Notes: generated from the letters alone by a model not told the origin. DNA of 64,000 bases from Mobula hypostoma (GCF_963921235.1 NC_086108.1:42906001-42970000), one strand, 5' to 3'. Counted from the stretch's first letter, positions 12,761 through 25,464 are shown. A program made the numbers and translations.

Positions 12761-14621
12761 ATTTATGCCCCCTCCCTTCTATTTCTTCCATGGTCCACTC
12801 TCTTATCAGATTTCTCTTTTCGCCCTTTAGTTTTCCCACTGAAGCAAAGATTATTGTGGAAAATTAAAGAAGTTGGGGCAAAGGATAGGAAGTTAACCTA
12901 GCTGAAAGCAAACATGTCCAGTCAACAAGGTCTAATGATCATAACAGAGGCTTTTAAAAGTTCTTATAAAGCCAAAATTACGGTTGTTAAATTTGCCTAC
13001 AAAATAAAGTAGGTAAATAAACAGATGACACAAGGAAGCCACAAATGGGATACAAGTATGTTATGAGTAGATAAAGATGTTTGGACAATGTGGGGAAAAA
13101 TTTTGATTCTGGCAGGAAAAATATATCTAATTAATATTCCAGTGTTAAGATAATACAGCATTCCGCAGGTAGTAAGCAAGTAATTTATTTTTGACAGCCA
13201 AGTCTTTGGAACTCTTCTTTGAAAGGTGGTGCAGGCTATGTGCTTTTAATGGTCTCTTGATAGTAGGCAGTGAAGGGTTACTTCATATATATACACCATA
13301 ATACATAATGGAACGTACACCTGACCTGATTATAAGGTATTTTATGTGTAAGCTGCATGGAACAGGAAAGGCTGAGACCAGATGAGGTGCTATGACCATC
13401 ACAACAGGACAAACTATGACAGTACCTGCAATTGACTGTTTGTTATAGGTTGTTTTGGAATAGCTCTGCTAGTGCAATATCATTTCTCAATAGGAATTAT
13501 GTTTAGCTTACTGAAGAATTTGAGCCATACTGTTCAAAAAGGTTGCCTGTGGCAGAGCTAGGAACAGAAGAGAAACTGAAATAGGATGTAGGGTCAACTG
13601 AGCATTGAACAGTTGGCTGTTACCAGAGACTGTTTGTGACACAGATCAGATCAATTATAACAAAGAAAGTAAGTGATTCAACTATAGTGCTAAGCAACCT
13701 AACAAGTAGCAGAAAAAAAGTGCTGCAATTATTGGGATGAATCAAGTGGAAGGTTTATTGTGGTATTGCTAAGACTGTGGATCATACTCCATCTGTCATC
13801 ATTCCCACTGGGAATCACAGGTGAAAGATAATGCAAAAACCCAAGCACAAACCATTCCCTCAGTTCAGTAAATAAACAAACAATGTAAAGAATCTGTTAA
13901 ACTGGAAGACTATATTAGTTTTTAAAGATGCTTCCCAAGACTGGAGATTTCAAATTATATAACATAGGCATTTATACACATCTTTCATGACCAAAAGCAC
14001 ACAACTTTAGAAAATTAAGTTGTAACAATTCTGTTTGAATATAACAGCCAATTTGCTCAAGATCCAGCCGACGTCCATGAATAACCAAGGTATACTGTTA
14101 TACTGCTAAATTAAAATCCAAGTAACCAGGGAATGTGCTTAGTAAGGCATTTAAGAATTAGTGTGGAATCTGGAATAAGATTTCAACTTTCACTTGTTGA
14201 CCTTGAACAAGTTTTCTGTTTATTTCCCATGTTATTGTAAAAGCTAATAAAAAGCCACAGCAACAAAACCATCCCTTTTAAGGATTGTTGAAGTGTGTGC
14301 AAAACTAGACAGGAAATTCAATTCAGGAAAGAGTCATGATACTTATGCAAAGCACTTCTAGAGGGAGCACACTAATTCTCAGACCAAATTTGTTCTTGCT
14401 GCTTTACAAGTAATTTTGGGTGGGAACTAGCAGGTGCTTTCATTCCTGGAGGGAAAAATGTCTTTTGTTACATCAATAACCAGTTGGTAGGTGACAGTTT
14501 AGGTATCAGTAAAACAGGGAATAGAAGAATAGGCTGTTTCATTGATTTTTATTTCAAAGTGGCAGAGAATTGTTAATTAAATTTAAGTTGAACCAACCAC
14601 AGAGGCCACAGGAAACCTTAG

Positions 14622-17270
14622 ATCCATAAGACATAGGAGCAGAATCAGGCCATTCATTTCATAAACATAAAATAATCTTCAGATGCTGTTGTCAAAGGAA
14701 ACACACAATGCGCTGGAGGAACTCAGCAGGTCAGTCAGCATCAGTTGACAAGATTAGTCAATGTTTCGGGCCGAAACCCTTCGTCAGGACTGAAGGAAGA
14801 ACTTTGGAGAGGGTTTGAAGAATGCTGGTAGTTGAAGAACTATGAGGGAGGTGAGTGTTCACACTATGAGTGTTCCATTCATTCCATCTTGTCTGCTCTG
14901 CCATTTCATCATGGTTAATCCATTTCCCTCTGAACCCCTACAAGCATTCACACCTTGAATAATCAAGAACCTATCAATATCCACCTTATATAGACCCAAT
15001 GATCTGGCATTCACAACTACCTGTGGCAACAAATTCCAGATCCACCACCCTCTGGCCAAAGAAATTCCTATCTCCATTCTAAATGGCCTGTTCTCAATTT
15101 TGGGCTATGTGCTCTGGTCCCAGACTCTCCCACCATGGGAAACATCTCCACATCCACGCCATCTAGGTCTTCCAACATTTGATAGGTTTCAATGAAATTC
15201 CCCGCTCATTCTTACAAACCCCAGTGAGTACAAGCACAGAGCCATCAACTGCTCCTTATATGATAAGCCTTTCATTCCCAGAAATCATTCTTGTGAACCT
15301 CCTCTAAATCCTCTTCAATGTCAGCACATCCTTTCTTAACAAGGGGCCCAAAACTGCTTGGAATACTTCAAGTGAGGCCTCACCAGTGTTTTTCTCTCAG
15401 CTTAGAAAACAGTCTATGCCTTTATTTTTCCATCAAAGTACATGACCATCCACTTCCCAACACTACTCCATCTGACACTTCCTTGCCAAATCTCCTGATC
15501 TCAGTCCTTCTACAGCCTCCCTGCTTCAACACTACCTAGCCCTCCACCTATATTCGTATCATCCACAAAGCCATCAAAATCATGATACCCAATGCAAAAG
15601 GAAGCAGTTCAAACACCAACCCCCGCAGAACACTTGTTACAGGCAGTCAAAAAAGGCTGTTTGCCTCCTGCCAATCAGCCAATATCCAATCCACGATAGT
15701 ATCTTTCCTGTAACCCTGTGTCCTTTTCTTTAGCAACCTCCTGTGCAGCACCTTGTTGAAAGCCGCCTGAAAATCCAAGTGCACAACATTCACCACTTCA
15801 CCTTCATCTATCCTACTTGTTATTTCCTCAAATTCCAAACAGATTTGCCATGCAAGATTTTCTTCTCAAGGAAACCATGCTGACTCTGGCTTATTTTATC
15901 AAGTGTTTCCAAGTACCCCAAAACCACATCCTAAAAAATCAATTCCAACATCTGAGGTCAGGTTAACAGGTGTATAATTTCCTTTCTTCTGCCTCTCTCC
16001 CTTCTTGAAGGGTGGAGTGACATTTGCAATTTTCCATTTCTCCAAAACCATGCCAGAATCTATTGATTCTTGAAAAGACCATTACCAATACCTTCACAAT
16101 CTCTTCAACTACACCTTTCAGAACCCTGGGCTGTAGACCATCTGGTCCAGGAGATTTACGTACCTTCAGATCTTTCAGTTTCCCCAAGCACCTTCTTCCC
16201 GGTAATAGCAACGACACTCACCTTCACCCTGACTTTGAAATTTCAGTCTTCACAGTGAAGACTGATGCAAAATAATTATTCAGTTCTCCAACATTTCCTT
16301 GTTCCCCATTACCTCTTCAGTGTCATTTTCCAGAGGTTCAAATATGCACTTTTGCTTTTAAATGCCAGGGGGAAAACACTTTTGGTGTCCCCTGCCCCCC
16401 CCCCACCACCTAGGTACCTGCCTGTCCTTGGATGTTAAGCTCCCAAATATAATCTTTCAGCCATGACTCAGTGATGTCCACATCACACCTGCCAATCTTT
16501 AAACTGTTACAAGATGAACTACCTTATTCCATGTGCTGCATGCATTCAAGTATACCTTCCGCATTGTTTCATAACCTTTTTCCATTTCGTCCCCCTTTTA
16601 CACTGCAACTCATACCACTGACTGCAGTTTTGCCTTATCTGCCTGTCCTTCCACAGTCTAACAATGCACTGCCCCTGCTTGTAAACCAACAGCCCTGATT
16701 TCCAGGTCCCACCTCCCTGCCAAATTAATTAGCTTAACCCTCCCCAACAGCCCCAGCAAACATGCCTGCAAGGATATTCACCACCTCAGGTTCAGGTGTA
16801 ACCTGCCCCTTTTGTACAGGGCATACCTTCCCCAGAAAACATCCCACAGATCCAGAAATCTGAAAGTCTGCCCCCTGCACCAGTTCCTTAGCCAAACATT
16901 CATCCACACATTCTCACCGTCACTGGCAGCAATCCAGAGATTGCTACCTTGGAGGTCCTGCTTTTCAGCTTTCTGCCTAAATTCTCTCTCCAGGACCTCA
17001 CTTTCCCTACCCACGTCACTAGTGCCAATATGTACCAAGACTTCTGGCTGTTCACCCTCCCCCTTTCTAATGTTGTAAAGCTGACCCAAAACATACTTGA
17101 CCCCGTCACCTGGGAGGCATCATACCATCCAGGTGTCTTTATCTTGTCCACAGAATCTCATGATTGTTCCTCCAACTATGGAATCCCCTCAGTACTTTAG
17201 TCCTCTTCTTACCTTCCCCCTCCCCTTCTGAGCCACAGCACCAAATTCAGTGGCAAAGACAGGTCGCTAT
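14622..17270 (-). mobile_element. CR1 LINE, decayed, with ORF1 esterase remnant; Penelope pLTR inserted in its 3' UTR (~14697-14835)
   Basis: Minus-strand ORFs with VLVHIGTSDVG / GRYALYKRGRLHLN (ORF1), KSPGPDGLQPRVLK and VHLDFQAAFNKV (RT); tail ataagacatagg at 14626. Confidence 0.85.
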
Positions 17271-17619
17271 TAAGACACCCGGAAAATTTCACTAAAAGTA
17301 TTGGCATCAACCCAGACTCTTATTGCCCAGAATCAGGTTGAGTGGCACTTCTCCCTCCATAAGGGTACAGTGACATGAGGCTTAAAGGACAATTACAGCA
17401 GAGACAACGGTTAACCAGGAAAGCCTGAGAGAGACCCCCAACCCAACATGGTGGCAATCTTTTGTCAACACTGCCAAAGAACTTAGTGTGTGAGTTGGCT
17501 CAAAGCCATACAATGCCTGAAGGAAATAGGCAAATCATACCAATTTCCATAACATTCCATTCAAATGTCTATGAAGGTTCTCAGTCATCCAGGTCATTGT
17601 ATATCAAACAAAAGTTACT

Positions 17620-17905
17620 CCTTGGAGTGAGGGAGGATGAAGTGACTTGACAGAGGTGTACAAGGTGATGAGATGCATTGATTGTGTGGAGTGTGGAGTG
17701 GTGAGTGGGTGGAATGCACTGACGGCAATGGTGGTGGAGACAGATACAATAGGGTCTTTTAAGAGACTTAGATAGGTACATGGAGCTTAGAACAATAGAA
17801 GACTCTGCAGTAGGGAAATTCTAGACAGTTTCTAGAGTAGGGTACATGGTCTGCACAACATTGTAGGCTGAAGGGCCTGTAATGTACTGTAGATATCTAT
17901 GTTCA
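17620..17905 (+). mobile_element. CR1 LINE 3' fragment
   Basis: Colinear with 410-780, with an internal deletion. Confidence 0.8.
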
Positions 17906-18325
17906 GTAGTAAATCAAGGCAACTGGACTTGGTTGTGTTGTCTGTAAGATGTTTCACTACTCACCTGGGAGGGTTCTTTGGTTCTAATCTATGGTGGGTA
18001 GTTTTCTGGCTTATAAACTGAGTTGTTTAAGGTACAACAATCACGTAAGGGTCCTTAAGAGGGGGTGGGGGCACAACATCACCTAATGGCAATGTAGTTT
18101 TAGCATCTTTACACCAGTGTCTCCACAACAGTTGACACCTCCATTCATGCAAAGATAATGATCCTCTCGTTACCTCAACAACCCTCATGTGATTGCTATA
18201 CCTTTAAATAAGAGCCTTAACCTGGAAATCTACCCACCATGGATTAGAACTGAAGAAGCCTCTTAGATGAGAGGCGAAACATCTTCTAGACAACACAGCA
18301 AGTCCAGTTGCCTTGATTTACCATT
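17905..18325. repeat. Fold-back element with ~145-bp imperfect inverted arms (Penelope-pLTR-like)
   Basis: GTAAATCAAGGCAACTGGACTTG.. at ~17909 is reverse-complementary to ..CAAGTCCAGTTGCCTTGATTTAC at ~18299-18321. Similarity extends inward to ~18052 / 18181. Confidence 0.85.
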
Positions 18326-18789
18326 GCTTGATTCTGTATTCAAATATTTTCTGCTCAAAATGTTCCAAACCAGGTGGTAGACTGCAAGAACTACTTCACC
18401 AGCTAATATCAATTTAAGGCAATACTCCAGAGGCAGCACTAGTTTAAAAACTTTTTATGCATGAAAAAAATCCAGTCTCTACCTTGTCTTTCTTGTAAAT
18501 ATGACAAATCAATATTGCATCTGAATCATTAGTGAATTGGAAGGTGTACCTTGCATAATGAAAAATACAATTTTGCAATCAAGTTAAACTAAATACTGAG
18601 CATAGTTTATAGTTTCCTTGCACCTTACAAGAGCTTCAAATATAGATCAAATGATTCATAAGTGTAGATCAATAGCAGAAATATATGCACGACACTTTTT
18701 GTTCGCAAAAGCAGAATCTCTCCTAATAAGAAAAAGACTGAAGATAAACCAGCTTGTTAAAATGTTCAGTAGTCAGGATACCATTTTCT

Positions 18790-20776
18790 ATTTATTTCAA
18801 GTTTCGCTGGGAGTTTAAACAGTATTTCATTTCCTATATTTTTATCTATCCACAGATCCAGTATTTCTTGAAATGGACAAGGATGTGCATGTGTGGCCAA
18901 TTCCATATTTTTGCAGAGCTTAAAACATCAAACAATTAGTGCTTGGAAGCACCATTATGCTTTCCTTTTCCCATGTTACAAATTGTACCATTTCCTTAAT
19001 GTTAAAAATCCAAAGTCAATATTCCCCATGGACATAATTCTTAAGTTATGAGCTGACTTATTGCAGCCAATGAAAGGAATATTAATAAACATACATCTGC
19101 AGTTTTCTTTCTCTTAAAAAAAATCACATGCTATTAAACAGCAATTTATAAATACAACAATGACACTCAAGATTAATCCTTCAATTAAATTATATGAAGG
19201 GGACTGTGATGTCAGAGTTTTTCCAAAGCAACAACAGAAAATTGATGCTTTAAGGTACCACATACATCTGGTAATGAGCTTTCAATTTCTAACACAATCC
19301 ATTCAACAAGCCGGTTCCTGCCTAGATATGAAATCCCTACAGTTTGATAAAATTTAGAAATGTTGCTCATCTTCATATTCGTCCCCCAACTACCAAAAAA
19401 CATCAATGTTTTCTGCAGAATACAGCTCAGTGCTGACCACTGAAATTAAAATTGTCAGTTATCCAGTTCTCAAATGACTAAAAATATGTAATATCCATTT
19501 CTTTAAACACTGCAGTGTTGGGAAGTTGTTTTTTCTTTCACAAAAATAATTGTGCTTATATTTTCTCAAGTTGCCTCTCTAGACAGTACATCACACAAAA
19601 CAAGCAACATTGCTAAACATTTCTGAATGAAATACATTCACTAATCATTCTAACCTCAATAAATCCCATTTTGCAATCTGGGAAAGCCTCAATTATTTAC
19701 ATAAGACTTCCAAACAAATAGCTAACACCATAGCAATAGACATATTCCCACTACAGGGCCCTTGCTTAACATTCTGACAAACACCCATTATGAACAAGAA
19801 TAGGTTGCTTTCAATTTTATTATATTAACACGGATTGATTTTGGTGTATTGGGTCAATGCAAAAAAGCCCCAAATAGAATATATTTTTTTAAATGAGTGA
19901 AATTTACCAATTTTATAATGAAATTTTTAATTATACCACTGTATCTTCACTAGATCCAGATGAATTCAAAGGACCAAGAAGAAACTGCTTCAGCCATTAA
20001 TCACCCTTTTTATAGTATATTTTAAAAAATACATTTTAAAGCACTCCTCCAATAACTGAGTCTACTCCTGTTTTATAAAAATCCACCTCAAGTTTTAAAA
20101 TACTACTTTTAATGTAAAGCCAAAAAAATCTGAAGGCCTAAAATGTGTCTCAAGGAAACACTTGATCTCATTCCATCTTTCTAACTCGTGCACTGAACTC
20201 TGGTATATTCGAAATTCTAGTTCAGGATTTAGTTTTGTTTTTACGTTTAGCTACCCTCTATAGAATATCTGCACAAATGCTAGGAAAACCCAATGTAATT
20301 TCCATCTTATAAAGATCATATCACCCACCTTTTTCAAAGATGTGTAAGGTCCCACATTAAATAAATAGAAAAGTTGGGAAAAATCTACTTCGGGGACAGA
20401 TATGTCAGACACAAGCGCTTTGAACGTATTAACACAGGTTTTTAAGTATGGCAGTTTATTGCCCATCATACAAAATGAACCAATATGGCAGCTGTGCCAA
20501 TGATTAAAACTCTCAACGTATGTACATAGTATACTTGCAAAAACATTATTTCAACCAAAACAAATCCTGTATCTTCTACATTGTACAGAATAAAATTGGT
20601 CTTGAATTACAATGGTAAATTGAACAGCTGGTTACCAAAGGCACTTCCTACAAACAGGAAATATTATCTGCAGGCTACAGGAATTCAAAGACATGTGTTT
20701 ATCCTAGCCATAGCATAATTTAAAAAAATGTTCAAAAGCAAAACAATTTAATCACTGTACAATTAGATTTAAATTT
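18790..20776 (-). other. PRPF38B: Probable PRPF38B 3' UTR with several candidate poly(A) signals
   Basis: AT-rich stretch without recognisable repeats after the stop codon. Minus-strand AATAAA at 20455-20460, 19816-19821 and 18791-18796. The true 3' end cannot be determined from sequence. Confidence 0.55.
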
Positions 20777-21650
20777 TCAATCATCATCAGTGGTATTGCC
20801 TTGTAACCACCCTTCTGCATTGCTTTTGTTCTCTCTTTCTGCACTGAGACTTCTGTGGCTTAGTTTGCTTGAATGGTCCTTACCATCACTGTGACTTTGT
20901 TTGTGAGATCGTTCTTTGCTTCGACTGCGCTTGTGAGCTCTCTCTTTACTATGGCTACTCTGTTTCTTTAGTCGTTCACTGTCATTCTCATCAGTCCTTT
21001 CTCTGCTAACACTTCGTTTGTTTGATTTCTCTTTGTGCTCATTTCGATGTTTAGACTTTTCCTTGCTTTTGCTTCTGCTACGCTTGCTGACATGACCCCT
21101 GCCAGGACTACTACTCCTATGTCTTTTCTCTCTGCTCCTACTTCTGCTATGCTTTTTATCCTTTTTTGAATCCTTTTTATCATCTTTATGTCTTCTTTCA
21201 TCTTTTTCTCTCCTCTCTTCCTTACGTTTTCTCTCTTCTGTCTTTGACCGGCTTCGTTTATCTCTGTCTCTAGATCTCTCTAATTCTTTCTCAATATTTC
21301 TATCCCTATCTCTGTCACTTACCCTTTCTTTATCATAATCTTTGTCTCTCCTTCTGCTTCTTTCATTTTCCTTCTCCCTCTCTTTATCTTTTTTATCATT
21401 CCTTTTATCTCTGCTTCGACTTCTATGCCGATCTCGGCTTCTACTTCGCCTGCGGTCCATGCCTCTGTCTGAGCTTCTAGACTTGTGTCTATCCTTCTCA
21501 CTCCTCTCTCTGTCTTTCATTTGCTCCCGTTCTCGTTTCTGCCGTTCTCTTTCTCTTTCTAGTTCCTTGTCGAAGCCAAAAGAACCATGGCCCTCTCTAT
21601 GACGACTTCTGCTTCTAGATTTCCGTGGACTAAGGGATCTTCGTGGTGAC
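20777..21650 (-). CDS. PRPF38B: PRPF38B coding exon 6 (terminal; RS/RE/RD-rich low-complexity domain to TGA)
   Basis: ORF 20777..21661; acceptor tttcag|G at 21651 after an 85-nt intron; SPRRSLSPRKSRSRSRHREGHGS matches PRPF38B. The spliced CDS totals 1620 nt, divisible by 3. Confidence 0.95.
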
Positions 21651-21735
21651 CTGAAAGACAAAATTTTAAAAATTCTAAAGCATCTGTAAGCACCAATTTA
21701 AATATATCGGGTCTTGAGTGATTCATAGTTCATAC

Positions 21736-21962
21736 CGTGAGTGTCTACGTTCTGATAGACGTTCGTGATCTTCCATTGCATCCTTCCCATCTTTTTTGGT
21801 AATTTTCCTGGGGCGAGTTTTGAGATACTGATCCAGATTCTTTTGAACTGGAACTGGAATTCTTGGGAATAAAGTAGAGAACCATTCCAACTTCGTAAGG
21901 AAAGAACGAATCATTTCTCCTATAGTCATGACACACCCTCCTCCAGCCTTTACATCCAGTTC
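21736..21962 (-). CDS. PRPF38B: PRPF38B coding exon 5 (227 nt, ELDVKAGGGCVMTIGEMIRSFLTKLEWFSTLFPRIPVPVQK...ERRHS-R)
   Basis: Within ORF 21723..21989; acceptor tttttcag|GAA, donor CG|GTATGA (phase 2). Confidence 0.96.
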
Positions 21963-22598
21963 CTGAAAAACACAATAAAAATAAAACATTGGTGAAATGG
22001 ATCATATTCAACCTTGACAATTGTATTAGCGTGTGACATATTAAAGTGTTAAATATAGTGCACTACCTTTGACATAACCTAATTTTCAAATGAAGTTTTA
22101 ACTTCAAAATTCTCAAGCCTATCCTAAAACATATTGAAGCCTGTAATAAAATGGTTGAATTAAATTGTGCCTGCAAGACATTCTGTATACCAGTACACCT
22201 TATGTAAGTGTTCTGTATATAATAAATTTTTTTAAAATGTGTAATCTCTTCTGAAACCCAACCCCTCAATGTGATGTAAAGCTATATTTTAATTGTCCTG
22301 TTTGGAAGAATCTCCCACTGCTAAATCTCTTTCAAACCAGGCACACTTTCTAAATTACTTAGTATTTCAGTAAAGCAAATTGGCCTACATACTCTAGCTA
22401 AAGTTTATCGTTAAATTTGAAAGCTGTTGGCAAGCAGCTATTTTTCCTTGCATGTTGTGATCTTTGCTTTATTTAAATTAATTTTGAAGCAATAGCAAAC
22501 CAACTGCCGTGAAGCAGTGAGATAATTAACATTCAATATAATATACGTTGAAACGGTGTAGTCCACAATGACCATTGTCTTTGGAAAAGGGTCATTAC

Positions 22599-22669
22599 CG
22601 CATGATTGCTTCCTTGCCATGCCCTCTCACAGCTCAGGACATGTTAGTCAGCTATTGTCAGTTTCCAAC
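22599..22669 (-). other. PRPF38B: Candidate poison (PTC) cassette exon in PRPF38B intron 4, 71 nt
   Basis: Branch-like CCTAAT/CTGAT, a pyrimidine-rich tract and ctgtag| acceptor; donor GCG|GTAATG; in-frame GTT GGA AAC TGA. Confidence 0.6.
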
Positions 22670-22803
22670 CTACAGTGCAAGCACACAGGAAAATCAGATT
22701 TCATTAGGCTAGAAAAATAAAAAAGATATTCTAAACATAAAATAAGCGCTTGCACTCACACACATTAATCATAAGTGCTGCTCAGCTACATTTCCAAATT
22801 CAC

Positions 22804-22821
22804 CTGCTGCCCAATGAAGAT
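22804..22821 (-). other. PRPF38B: Candidate 18-nt micro-exon in PRPF38B intron 4 (IFIGQQ in frame)
   Basis: gctaattgccctgttttcttctttag|ATCTTCATTGGGCAGCAG|gtgaat: branch-like motif, strong polypyrimidine tract, AG and CAG|GT. Confidence 0.45.
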
Positions 22822-25464
22822 CTAAAGAAGAAAACAGGGCAATTAGCTTAAATGCCAGCAGTCTCAGAGCTTCATTAAACTCAGGCTCAGATCTTAAATT
22901 TTGACGAAGGCAATTGGAACCACAGGCAGACCACAGCTATTGCTCTAATAGTGCTCCTAATACTCTCAAAATTATTGCAGAAAGGGGGAAGAAATCAGAA
23001 TTTTCAATAACCTTTTTTTAAAAATATATTACAATTGGCCTTTTCATATGAAGATACATTTTAAGGCACCTATGGTAGGGATAGGAAAATGGCACTAAAA
23101 ACTTAGCAGTCCATACGTTTACAGCTAGAAAATTTTGAATCATCTATGCCTGTGTATCCAGCATTTCTTCACCACTAAAAATTGATCCAGCACTCTTCCT
23201 GCCACCACACCTCCTCAAAAAAAAAAGACTATTTTAATTATGTTAAACATGGGTTTAACCTGTGTCAATAAATGACTTTTTTTTAAATAAGTGCATTTAT
23301 CGTAAGAAAGCCAAATCAAGAGTCTTAAAAAAAAATCAAGAGCATTAAATAAAAGACAGAAGAACTGCTGCTAAGCTAGTGGTTTTAACCACACGGGTAG
23401 AAATCACTTTGGTGTAGATCTTAAATACATAACTTTGCACATCTTAAGTTACAGAAATTTTATTCAAATGAATACAGAAACCCCCCCAAAACTATCCATT
23501 CTCCCCCTAAAATTCTAAATAAAAACATTACAACAGGGGAAAGATCAGGCACCCATGGTTCACCTATAGCTAAACCCTTGCTTTACAGGGAGATTGCCTG
23601 GAAAACCACCTGTATTGTAATTTTTAAAAAACGCAACACCCACTTTCCCCATTGAATCCATGTTAAAAGTAGCAGTACATTCCCATGGGATGTTTTTCTC
23701 TCAAAGCCATTTTTACTGATAATGACAAGGACCCACAGCAAAAGCAACAGTAATCTTGAGGGGAGGGCAAGATTTGTATGAAAGCAGCAACATTTGTCAA
23801 TTTTGACTTTTAGTCATACAAAAGAGGCTGAGATGTTTTAGATATGACATCACATTGAGAGGGCAGTCATTGTCAAGTCCTCCTTTCTCATGCTCTTCCA
23901 ATCCAAGGACAAGAAAACATATGGCTCCAAGCGCAGCACTGCTGCATTCTTTGTGAGGCTTGTTCCCTGATGTGCAAGGCTCATTGATTAGAACAGGGTT
24001 TAGGAAGGGGAAATACCAGGTAAAGACATGGGATTCAAGGTTCAGTATTATGGGAGAAAGTTGTACACAAGAGCTCAAGGGGTAACGGGTTTTAAAGTAT
24101 GGCAACTCAGTGGAAGTGACAGAACTGTCCATGGCTACTGCATTTTGAGAGAAATTGGCTTACAATGAAGAGCATATAATACACCAGTCTCATACAAGGC
24201 TTAGGTGAAACAAATTACAAAAGATCTTCAATGAGAGACTGCGACATATACTTTAATAATAACAAAAGTACCATGCTTTTTTGTTCTAATTGGAAAGGCT
24301 TAGCTAGACAGCAAATGGCACCAGATTCTACCAATCCCGCACATGGTGTAGAGAGCCTTTTGTAAAACTCAGGAGAGACCGAGAAATGACACGCTAAGAC
24401 CCATTAACTGAGTTATGACAGGTCACAAAAGCTACTACATTTCACAAATTTGCAGTAGACTGGAACATCTAATGAATGAATTGGATTTGTGCCAGATAAG
24501 CAAACAAAATGAGTTGGGCAGGTTAAGGATGAAAGCATGAAGTCTTAAGAACTCACATAAATGAGCCTTTGCTTCTCTTTATAAACTACCAGTGATTCTT
24601 CACCCACCCAAGAGGATAGAGATTCCTTAGCTTCATCGCCAATAGTAATGCTGCAATACTGCCAAGGTTTCATACTCCAGTCAATTTATTTGATTCAGTG
24701 GTATGGGTACTACTAGCAAGCCATGGCTGGTTGTTAAGATGTTTTCAACCTTCAGAAAAATCAGTAACATGTTGAACAAGTGGAAATTTTGCTCCTGGCA
24801 ATCTAATGTTAACTGATGAATTCCTATGGGTAATGAACACCTTTAAATAAAACCCCACACTGATGTTATCAAATATCTTTTGTAGTTGAACGATTGCCAG
24901 AGTGGAAAAAGGAAGAGTGACAATGTGCCTTGTACCCGAAGATCAGGACAGGCTGAATAGCCTTACTGCTCTTCAATTATCAAATTTTCTTGTTCTAAAG
25001 ATACACATCTTACTAAAATATGGTCACTAAGCATACTTCAAAAGTTCTTCACTTGCTAAACAATACTTAGCATTCTATATTTAAAAATAACCTAAATTAC
25101 ACAGCTCCACGCAAGTTAAAATGGAAGGAGCAGCTTGGTTTCTGGTGTGCACCAGATTGTCTTAGACTTGAGTTGGTACCTCAGGACAGCATACTGAAGA
25201 AATCCAAGTGCAATCTGATAATCAAAACAAAACTGAGTCTAGCCAATTCAATAAAAAAGTCACAACATCTAATGTGATGTGATCAAAATGCAACCATTGC
25301 ATAACTATATCAATAAAACAAAGTTAATACATTATCCCTAACACAAATACTTATACTGACAAAAACTGATTCAATAAGTCTTTTTAAAATTATGAGAACT
25401 ATTTAAAAATTCTTCCTCTTCAGCACTGTAGATTCAATGAATACTACAATCTTTCCCAACATAC

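Noticed and set aside
21342..21602. Leu/Ser-rich + strand ORF, and alternative-frame ORFs at 20968 and 21319
   Set aside because: Antisense or shifted-frame shadows of the low-complexity RS exon.
23540..23615. Additional AG|GT pairs in PRPF38B intron 4
   Set aside because: Poor polypyrimidine tract and donor; too weak to call.
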